Below are positions 52,768-64,000 of a stretch of DNA of 64,000 nucleotides, piece by piece. The notes under the pieces are model-generated. The model did no database searches. It had not been told where the DNA came from and saw only the letters and a list, made by a program, of their open reading frames with translations. Each line of letters starts with the position of its first letter. The stretch's first letter is position 1. A program made the position numbers and the translations under genes. Source of the DNA: Octopus sinensis (Eukaryota); NCBI RefSeq assembly GCF_006345805.1, contig NC_043008.1:17050001-17114000 (forward strand). The letters run 5' to 3'.

Positions 52768-52844
52768 AGTCCTACAGCTGTTTTGGGATAGCCCAAGTGA
52801 TAGACTAGCATGTCAGTACACTGGGTATTCCGTCATCAGAGACT
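52768..52844 (-). ncRNA. Hammerhead ribozyme-like motif with long stem II (G12 mutated)
   Basis: Minus strand AGTCT-CTGATGA-(long stem II)-C AAAA-C AGCT G-TA-GGACT; stem I 5 bp, palindromic stem III ACAGCTGT, GUA site; AAAA replaces GAAA. Confidence 0.6.
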
Positions 52845-52991
52845 GTAATCGGAACTATGTGGTTGGTAAGCAAGCTACTTACCACACAGCCACTCCTGCG
52901 CATGAGGAAAATAGTCTAGCAAAGGGATATATAAGCCTTCGGCAGAGAAAAAAGGAGGCATTCCCATCTTTGTGGACTCGAACACATATCT

Positions 52992-53022
<31 letters not shown>

Positions 53023-53627
53023 GATATATATATATATATATATATTATGTTTCTATATTTGCAACCGACGGAAATGTATGGTGTAGATGTAGTTATATTG
53101 ATTGGGAATCATTTGGTGACTCAGCGTGTAATTACTCAGAGATTCATGCAGACAATCGCAAAATATAGGGAATCAGTCTGTGTTCAAATCGCGTTGTGCA
53201 GGCCAATTCTCATTAATGAAGATGGTCCATGGAGCACAATGTGCTAGATCAAATGCATTGTTGTGCGGGGTAATTTGGCATATAGGAACCTTAGTTATCT
53301 GGAATTATAGTCACTAGGTGGCAACTATTATGAAATACCGGGCTGTCCTGATGTGTGTAGATTTGAATTAATAATAAAGAGTTGTCAGATAAGTTCGTCA
53401 CATTTTGGCTATTTGTTTTGTTTCTTTTCAAATTGTACTCCATCGTTTGTATATCTGAAAAGAGGTAAATCATGTTCAAATTTTAAAAAAATAATAAAAA
53501 AATTTTGAAGGAGGGACAGAATTACAAATTTCCAAGAAAGACTGCGATAAAACATTTTGTTTTTGTATTAATTAAAATAACATTGGAAAGGATTGAACTT
53601 TAAAAAAAAAAAAGATGTAAAAACAAA

Positions 53628-53800
53628 TGAATTTATCAGATAATTTAATGATTTAGTCGTGTGGCAGACTGACAGTGTCTGGAAGAAACATCATCCAAAA
53701 ACTGAGATTAGAAAATTCCTTCGAGCTCTTGATAATTATATTGGTATCTGATTGAAAAGTAGAGTTTCCATTTAGAGAAACTCTACAATTTCTTGATCCA
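53628..53800 (+). pseudogene. Possible highly decayed Penelope-like RT fragment
   Basis: FIR*FNDLVVW..KFLRALDNY..(fs)ETLQFLD loosely resembles RYIDD.F.IW..F...LN..L.FLD; suggestive only. Confidence 0.25.
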
Positions 53801-56351
53801 TTCAAATAAGACATTGCATTATAGATAATATTCTCTGGCATAGAAATTCCTTCAGATCGTCGGTTGCTGAGTTTTCAGGTAGGTTCTGAAAGTGATGTGG
53901 AGTTTTTTCTCGTCCCGTGGACTAAACTATTGCAGATGCTTTTAATTACGGCTTTTGGAAATATTTTCTGTGATTCACGTTTAATTTATTTCCGTAGCGT
54001 ATTGTAAATTATCGGTATAGCCATGTGCTACAACAATTGAGAACCGTGGTGGTAATGCTTATTCTGAAGGAGTGATTTGAGAATCGAAGGTGTGTAGGAA
54101 GAAATTGCTCACTCCAAAATCAGGACCGTCAATACTTATGTTTATATTTGTCTTCCTGTGAAAATTGTTGTCATAAGAGAGGTAAAAATTCCGTTGCTAT
54201 ATTTGTTTTAGCTTTCAGGGTAGATATTGGATTGATAGATATTATTTTACATTTCCTCATCATCTGGTATCTTCATTTTTCTTTATATGTGCAAAGTCTG
54301 ACTACATGGTGTTATAATGATGGCTTAGGTTACACCGCCTAGTATGGTACAATAGTTGTTTGCTTGTGTATTCGTATAATATGGTACAATTATATATGCA
54401 TATTTTGATAATAGCACTGGGAAAGGTACATTTTCTTATGGGTGGGAAACCTGATCAATCATAAAGTCGTATATTGCTTTAACCAATTATGAAATTCAAG
54501 GCTGTTTCGTGCGACGTTATTCAATTCTAGTATGACCAAACTTTGTGCTTATTAACTCTTCTGATATAAGAAGGAATTTGCTCTTACTTGCCATGAATGA
54601 TAGATACGGGGTTCAAAGTTGACAAAGCGAAACAATGCTGGAATGCAGGCGTTCTACGATTCACTGGCATCATTCGCAGCCCAATGAGTTATAGTAAATG
54701 GTGTGTGGAAGTAGATTTTTGTTCTCCATGGACTATTTCCGCAGTGAAATTTCTCGCCACGTCCGAGTCTGCTCGAGTGTCATAAATACGACTTATCAAA
54801 CTCTGCTTCGAGTGACTGTATACATGCATACATACATACACATACACAAATATGCATATAAATATATGAAAGCATATAAAGGCGGTGCTCCAGCATGGCC
54901 GCAGTTAAATGACTGAAACAAGTAGAAAAGTAAAAGAGAGCATGCATATATATGTGTGTGTGTCTCTCTGTGTGTGTGTGTGTATGTGCGTGTGTACATG
55001 TATGTGTGTGTATGCACGCACACATATTTTCACCTTATACAAGAAACACATAATGTATATGAATGTGAATGTATTTGTGTATCATTCTATATATGTGTGT
55101 ATGTGAGCTTGCGAAACTATAGTAACATTACTTAAGAAGAATCTCAAATATGATGCAAGTAACATACAAGATTGGTATTGATAAGTTGTTTCTGGTTGGC
55201 TCCTTTTGAAGTCGTTTGCAATGCCTGAGTATATCTGCCGAGAACGAAATACGAAAATCATAAAAGAAAACGGAAAAAAAGAATAGCTTGCAGGTACTGG
55301 TAGATATTAGTTCCAAGCAAGGTCCATTCTATTTGCATTATCACGTATAGGGCATATATTTCTCAAATACAAGAACGCTTCACTTCTAAAGTTTTAACAT
55401 GTTTTTACGTTTTGTAAAAGAAGCGAAGCAATTTAGAAGGCAGTATCGTTCGTAAGAGCTCGATGTTCAAACAGGTACAGATAAATCATTTAATGTAAAT
55501 TTAAGATATATATATAGAAGCAGGTATGATTATGTTCTAAAGAAGATGGATTTGCGACCATGTGCTTTGGGATCGGTTCTACTACGAGATACATTTGGTA
55601 AGTTTTTTCTACTATAGATGCAGGGTGACCAAATGTTTTAAGCTAGGTGTCGGCGAATCAGAGTAAATTACCTCAAGTGGGGTAAAAATTAAATTCTTGG
55701 GGGTAATGAGGTCCCATTAGACATAAATAAAATTATATAAAATTACGTGCTCCTTGTTACGACAGAATTTTTTCTTCTGGCAACACTGTAACTATCCTAT
55801 ATAATGGACATGTAAATAGATTCAAATAAATAGATTTAATAAACCTTTTGAATTCGATGAATCTATGCTAATTTCACTTTCAAATCAAGGGAATAACGGC
55901 GGTGTAAATAAATATATTTTGGGGTAATTGGTTAAAAAACAGTTCCCCGACACCTGTCTTATGTGAATTTGATAGGCGGAAACTGTGGGTCGTACATGTG
56001 AGTTGTCTTATATGTGTATTTCTCCCCACACTGATAAAAAGCTGTAGGTTCGATTTACCCCGCTAAACACTCGATGGCATTGGCCCAGCATGACCGCAGA
56101 CTAATGACTGAAACAAACGAACGAAGGTAAAAGATAAAAATATATTAACAAACGCAGGGAAAAATGAATATAGCTAATTATTCGAAAATGCAAAATATTA
56201 GCAAATTTTAAAGTATATTCCTTTCGCTTTGATAGATTTAACTCCAAAATACATAGGGATTAACTATTATAGCGGAGATGATCCCCTCTAGATTAGGTTC
56301 AGTTAAGACGTGTTTGAAATTTTGATATTTAAAGTAAAGAATAAAGAAATA

Positions 56352-56569
56352 CTCTTTTACTCTTTTACTTGTTTCAGTCATTTGATTGCGGCCATGCTGG
56401 AGCACCGCCTTTAGTCGAGCGAATCGACCCCGGGACTTATTCTTTGTAAGCCCAGTACTTATTCTATCGGTCTCTTTTGCCGAACCGCTAAGTAACGGGG
56501 TCGTAAACACACCAGCATCGGTTGTCAAGCAATGCTAGGGGGACAAACACAGACACACAAACACACACA

Positions 56570-56616
<47 letters not shown>

Positions 56617-56775
56617 GATAGGCTTCTTTCAGTTTCCGTCTACCAAATCCACTCACAAGGTATTGGTCGGCCCGGGGCTATAGCAGAAGATACTTGCCCA
56701 AGATGCCACGCAGTGGGACTGAACCCGCAACTATGTGGTTGGTTAGCAAGCTACTTACCACACAGCCACTCCTGC
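56352..56775 (-). mobile_element. Family A SINE, full length, with internal (TA)n
   Basis: Reverse complement of the 29801-30199 type. Confidence 0.92.
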
Positions 56776-59700
56776 AATTAAATACAATGTAAATATTTAA
56801 TTCTTTTTTTCCTACACATTATAAAGAGCTTAAAATTCCAATTTCTTGGTAGACTTGTAAGGCACTGTATCATCTTTGATTGGAGTCGTCAGTACGGCAT
56901 ATATTGAGGCAAATAGATTAAGCTAAACTATTTTACGAAGTTACACGACTCTGAGAGAGGGAGAAATTTACTTTTTAAATGACATTCATGGGATATTATT
57001 TCTTTTTCACTCTTGCAATAGTACATTTGAAATAAATCTTTGCGTGTAAAACGAAGTAAATATTCGAATACAAGGAACGTATATGCTTCGTATATTTAAA
57101 TCAAAGCTAAAATTTAATAAAATGATGTTTAAACAGCATTTTGTTTGAAATGCAATATATGATATGAGGTCTTTTACAAGAATATATGAGGTGGTATCAA
57201 AATGTCACCGGACTCGTTATGTTTAATAATATATAAATTATTCTACTAAGTTTTAACATCATCTTTTTCGAAATACACCTCGTAAATTTAAATCTGCACC
57301 ACCACCACACAATTACTTATATACAAAGACACATATACGCACAGGTGGAAATAAACACGCATACAAATACAGACATACGCATACAATATAATCATTCACA
57401 AACAAATCCAATATATATAAAATATATACGCTCGCTCATACATACATACTTACATACATACATACATACATTCATACATACATGCATGCATACATACATA
57501 CATGCATACATACATGCATATATACATACATACATACTACATACATACATACATACATACATATAATACTCGCATTCGTTCACTAATATGCGCAGAAACA
57601 CATACACAAGCATATTTACACGGAGAAACACAGTGCATTTAAGTACATGAACAAGTATCACAAATACACGCACACACTACACACAACCACGCTCACACAT
57701 ATAACAGATTTTATATATGAATATTATGGACTATTGCAGAAGACTAAGCAAGGAAGTGTATATGGATTTAAAGACTCTCATCAATAGCAGTCATTTTTAA
57801 TTTTTAATTTATATTTCAAACAAACACCATTTTTTAGTTTAACTTCAAATTAAAAAAAAAAAAACTACCATTCGATATGTTATACAAAATTCAAATTTAA
57901 TATCTCTGAAGAGCAGAAGAGTTGTCTATAAATGCTTATCAATATAGGAATGTGTGAAACGATCATAAGATGTTTTCAATTCTTAATTCAAAACTTTTAA
58001 ACTGTCATATGCATTATATATATATACTTATACATATTTACATATATTTTATACTTATTTATATATTTTTAATACAATAATTATTTTTCACACGTCTATA
58101 TCTTTCTGTGGAATTTTCTGATATTGATTTCCTAATATTGATAATAATAATATTATATATATATATATATATAATATATATATATATATAATATTATTTA
58201 TTAAAATTGACATTGACTTCAAAGCTTCGGACAGCTAATTCATCATCGAATGGTGGCTTAACTTGTCGACACTTCGAAGTCACTGTGAATACTCTATACC
58301 AAATGTATTGAATAATTCTTTAATTTACTGTAAAATTGTTTTATTTCAAAATGTGCGCGCATGTGTGTATGTACGTGCGTGTGCGTGCGTATGTGTGTGA
58401 GGGGTGTATGTGCAGTTTGTCAGTTTGTCAGTTTGTGCGCCTCAGCTGCAGTGTGCGTAGGATAGTCAAAAAGGGTGAAAATACATTGATTATGTTACTA
58501 TATGGAATAATGCATAAACACACACTAGTCGTTTATATAGACTGAAGTTCCCATACAGTCTGAAATAGTAAATGCGCTTCGAAATCATAAAAATTATAAA
58601 AACGATTTAAAAGTAAAAAAATTCCATACTGCTAGAAAATGAAATTTATTAAAGAAGGATTTTAGAACGTCTTAAATAATTTATACGTACTGTTCTCACC
58701 GACGGATTTAAGATTATAATGCGGGAAATAATAGACGTTATTAAAATATGCTCATATGCATTCGATTGCGTGCGCATATACATAAATGAATATGTAAGTG
58801 TACTGCTGAATACATCTACACATACATACATACGTACATACATACATACATACATACATACATACTACATACATACATACATACATACAATATACATACA
58901 TGCATGCATACATACAAACATACATATGTACATATGTATATATATATGTGAGTGTGTGTGTGTGTGAGTAAATGTGCGGATTTACACGAATTTCTTGGGG
59001 TTGAGTGATGTCTCGACTTATGAGTGACAAGGATTAAAATGTTGAGAGGAAGTTCAACGCCATCTGCCCCACGCTGTCGTTCTTTGCTATTTGATCCAAA
59101 TTGACAATACGAAGTCAAAACGACTACAAGAGCGTCGAGATACAGTTGATATTATTCGTGTCTCACTGTGCCATTTCTGCTCTTAACAATAACGTTTGGT
59201 ACTCCACCACTGCTACCCACTGAACCAATCTGGAGATTTCCTTCTCACTGTCCACGGGGACAGCTTTCCGCATTCATAGATTCTCATGCTCTAAATCACT
59301 GACGATCTGAGACCGTCACCATAGTTTAGTTGGCCTGTTAAAGCCGTTGCCAGTGGTGTTGCCGCCATAGCAAGTAAACATTTTTGCACGCGAGCCACAC
59401 ACACGAACATATACAGACACAGATACACAGACTCATACACATACGCACGTGGAGAAATATACACATGTAGAAAGAAAGAGAGAGAGAGAGAGGAGACAGA
59501 AACATTATATTTCATTAATTGAACACAACTGACATTAACACTCCACTTCTCATACACATAAGAGAAATAATGCTAACAGTGAGAGAGAGAGACGTCTGAT
59601 GTCAAAATATGTCAGTGTCAATCTCCGATGCCAAGCAGGCAGCGCCAAGACGGCTCATAAAACATCTCTCAACCTTCGAAAGACGATTTGGGAGAAATCA

Positions 59701-60996
59701 CCGAAATTACGTACAACCACATTCTAATTACATGCAATTACTTTATAACAATCTGACAATCCTGGGGTCTTCTGCTACCCGAGCTCATGCGTTGTAAAAT
59801 CCTCAACATGATAAGCCAAAATGTAATAAATATTTTCCTTAAAGTTGCTCTAAATTTATTTAAATGATTCCAAACCGCTAGCTTGTATCTCCGCGATACG
59901 AATCCATTCCACATTTACATTGACAGATTTATTTAATGAATTCTAACCCAACCTCACTCTACGTGGGCCTGTTCCTGCAAGGCAAGACTCTCTGCACAAA
60001 AGTCTAATAATAATAAACTTTAAGTATTGCATAAATTGACAAGCGGTGTTACCGAGATAGCAATGATTAGTATCTTCTAGAAATCGATTATCCTCAGTAG
60101 ATTAGACAGACTACTGTTCCAATTCCATGGCTTTTAGTAGCCCAGACTGTTCCTACAACCCGGAGAAATTACAAACATATTTCAGATAACTAAGAACCGA
60201 AGTTAGAGACATGACATGAATTGCTGGCAACGCTTGTGCACATTAAGTTTCTGCTGTCAGAGTCGCTACCTCATTATAGATGCAGTAAGAGAGAGGGAGA
60301 GAGGTGGAGATAAAGAGAGGCGTAGACACACGGACACACGCAGAGAAACACATACAGATGCACATACACATACGCATGCGCAAACAGCCATATATAATTT
60401 ATTGGAATCTGAAACTTCACAAATTGTTACCGCTTGTATCTCACAACCGATCTGTGGATGAAATTGAAATATGGAAAAGAAGCAAAATGGCCGAAAAGAA
60501 AAAAAAAAGAGAATACGCTTCATTTATAATAGCATTCAGCAAAATGTTTGAATATTAAAGCTATCACTGCTTGATTAGTAAGGGAACGGAAAAGATATAT
60601 TATTTGTTGAGATGCAACAACTATTTGAAAAATGGGAAAAAGTTTGGTACTTAATGAATTAAAGATAGGAATGATTTTGGAATGCATTGCAACAGGCGTA
60701 AAAACACACACAAACTCACACACACACACATACACTTACACACATGCGCGCGCACATACACACATATATATATTTCAGTGATTGGTGGTTTTCTTAGAGT
60801 ATTTTTCTAGTCTGTTTTGCACAATGGTGCTGGCACCGCGTGTGCCCTATTGTGATTATAAATTAATTATAAACAGTTTAGATTTACTATTTATCGGCTT
60901 TTGCTTGTTGGCCACCTGGTTTATTTTACTAATGATAATAATTAATAATAATATCTATGTAAATATTTTCCAATAATAATTTATTCAGTAATTTAT

Positions 60997-61039
<43 letters not shown>

Positions 61040-61568
61040 TATATATATGATGAAAAATGTATAGTAATGAACAAACGACAATGTATACTGAATGTAAAAA
61101 CGAACGGCAGACAAACAGAAAGTCCATCCCTCTGCCTCTACCTCTGTCTCTTCTCTCACCACTTGACCGGTGTTCGACTTGGTTCGACTACCATCCGTGC
61201 AACATCTATATTCCTCCCTGCGCCTGTCAAATCTCACGTCTCTGCCGAAAGGCTTTACTTCCACACACGCCAGCTTAGTTTTATTCTTCTTAGTCGAAAG
61301 ACACCTGTTGTTATGTCCTGTTAATTACATATGTCTTTGTGTCACATTTCTTCGTCTTCTTTTTTTCGTCCTTATTTTCGTTTACATTCGCTGCTTTCTT
61401 CCAAGGATTCTAAGCTTAGTTTTACCATGGGACTGGAGTAATCTCGAGTATAACCAGCCAAAGCTGCAAAGATAATCTGGAACTCGACTGAGGAAAGAAA
61501 ACCCTGAATGACCCGTCCTTGTCTTTGTATCGTCTGTCTGGATGTTTTGTGTTCTTGTCCCATTTTTG

Positions 61569-61649
<81 letters not shown>

Positions 61650-62075
61650 TACATACATATGTCTACAAATATTTCTTATAGTTTTTACCTGTTTCAGCTA
61701 ATCATTTGAAGACGCTTGTTTATACATAGTTATTTCCAAAGAATGTTTCCATTAATCATGCATTTGTGGACGCTCTTTTCAATATTGTCACCTTCAAATA
61801 GCATTCGTAATTATGATAGTGTGCATAATATATGATAGTGTGCATAATATGGATATAATATAATGTTGTACAACCATAATTATATTATATCAGATTATTA
61901 CAACCATGACTTTGTAGCAAAGAAATTTCTCTTTATAACAACCATATATTTTCAGGATTTGTCCCACTGTGCGGCACCTTGGGCAAGTGTTCTTTTTTTG
62001 CTATAGCCCTGGACTGACCAAAGCCCTGTAGAGAATTTGATACATGCACAGACAGCCACACACCCATACACGTGT

Positions 62076-62357
62076 TTTATTTGTTCATAAGGGCCGGTTT
62101 CCCGGTTTCCTTGGCGTATAGGTTCCCCACCTGGACGGGACACCGGTCCGTCACGGGTGAGCTGCAAGATGCAGGAGGAAAGAGTGAGAGAAAGTTGTGG
62201 CGAAAGAGTCAGCAGAAGTTCGCAGTTACCTTCTGCCAGAGCCGCGTGGAGCTTAGGTGTTTCGTTCATAAACACACACATTCCCTGGTCTGAGATTCGA
62301 ATCCGCGATCCCTCGACCGCGAGTCTGCTGCTCTAACCCCTAGGCCATATGCCTCCA
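62076..62357 (-). mobile_element. SINE: family C head with family D-like tail
   Basis: Minus strand TGGCCTAGGGG A box, GGATTCGAATC B box, CTTTCTCTCACTCTTTCC, then CCCGTCCAGGTGGGGAACC..GAAACCGGGAAACCGG. Confidence 0.8.
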
Positions 62358-64000
62358 CTATATCAGTGTGAATGTTTGTGTCTTTTCATTCATGATTTCC
62401 CCCACCAGTTGACAATCAGTTTTAGTGTGCCTATGTCCCCGTATCTTACTATACCCCAAAGAGTCTACATTTTATATCTAATGCTTCTAAATTACCATTA
62501 TTTCCCGTTGATTAATGTTTTGCTTACATTGTTTCTCTTTTCTCTTGTTGTTAGCATATTTGTGATACAGAAATAAATTGCTCCCGTCGAATGGTGCAAC
62601 AACAACGTAGATAGAAACTGAAGCACAGCAACGTCAGTAGCAAAAGAAAAGTAAAATCAAGTGTACCAGCATGTTATTCAACGGATAAAAATCTATTTAC
62701 AAGCCACAGTTATAACATTCCAAACTCTGCACTGTTTTTAACTAAACACCCTTAACGATTTCAGATATGAGATTATTTCTGAAGTAGGTAAAAGCGACAA
62801 CTTTAGCAAACCAAGTCGTGAATGACGTAGAGAACTGTCGAAACCGTTAATAGATGAAAAGAAAACAATAACAACGAGTAGAAAACATGAGACGGTTTAG
62901 CAAAAATGATTGCCATCACAAATTTGTCAAGCAGAAACAATGACGACTGAATTTGCCAAAGGAAACAGACCTACATATTAACGATGGCGAAGCAAACTAA
63001 TGAAAAACGAAATATATGTAACCACAAGCTGATAACATTCCTTTGAAACGTTTGTGCTGCAAGTGCCATGAATCAGTAAGTTATGTTATATTTGAGAATG
63101 ATTTGCCGTTAGTCTAGCAACAACGAAGTATCGCATTCCTATGGAAAATTGTTTGCCTCCAGTGCCCTGTTTCCGATCAAGCCATTTATTATTATTTTTT
63201 AATAATATCTCCATGGATTTCGATGATTCGAATGAATTTAACTGACCAAACAATGGCATGCTCGAATATCCTTTGTGTAAATTAGTCATGTTATAATTTC
63301 ATTCTCTATTCTTGCGACAAAAAGCTGTTGCAGAGAATCTAACAGAATCCCTTCTTCGTTGTGCAATATTTGTTCACTAAGTCCAAAATATTAGTTGCGT
63401 AATATTTCCATAATTTTCCCATAAAATCTACCTACATTTCACCAATGATATACCGTCTCTCTGCAAAGTTGGTGACTGATACTCGGCATGGGCAAATCTT
63501 TCACTGTTTTTAGCATATTAAATTGACACCAGTACTTCAACTGGTACTCATTCTAATGGCCTTGTTACAATATACAAAACAGTTATCAAAGCCGGAATAG
63601 AATAAAGGTACCGCGACAGACTAAATTACTTAACCTTTAAACATAGATAACAAGTTTATACACTTGTTGTGAAGAAGTACAAACACAGCTTAGAAGAAAT
63701 TATACATATGTAAATATTTAGATAGGTAAGAAAACATAGAGACGATTTAAAATAAGAACCGGAGTGGACTGATGTTTTTCTCTCTATCAAATGTATCGTA
63801 GTTATGTTCGACTGTTCATAATGTTACGAAGTATATCTAAATTCTTGATTAAGTCCATTTACACTAAGCCGATTAAAATTGTTTGACCTCCTGGAGATTA
63901 GTGTTTCTACTAAACTGGTTATTGACTTCTGGAACACTTCGTGTTATATCAAAAATATCCAATGCTGAATTGCCTATTTTGCCTCCATTTTGTCTCGGCT

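Noticed and set aside
61485-61520. Hammerhead-like CTGAGGA..GAATGACCCGTCC before a (TA)n tract
   Set aside because: Lacks the A15.1-U16.1 pair and a clean H17/stem I register; a variant cannot be supported without a family alignment.

Overview
AT-rich, extremely microsatellite-dense eukaryotic DNA. The SINE families look, from recall rather than a search, like octopus (coleoid cephalopod) repeats. No host exon, rRNA, true tRNA or CRISPR array is supported. Almost all listed ORFs are translations of simple repeats, and the rest are decayed transposon coding remnants. Content: at least four tRNA-derived SINE families with swapped modules; two internally deleted mariners; a decayed rosa/DD41D-like transposase; a mariner-type MITE; a complete non-autonomous Helitron nested in a probable hAT MITE; RTE and R4/Dong-like LINE fragments; and a ~1.02 kb near-identical tandem duplication with a chimeric SINE at its junction. 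The most notable signal is five unrelated hammerhead-ribozyme-like motifs, probably Penelope-type element ends. Three carry the same non-canonical CCGA core instead of CUGA. All coordinates were counted by hand, and boundaries of degraded repeats are approximate.
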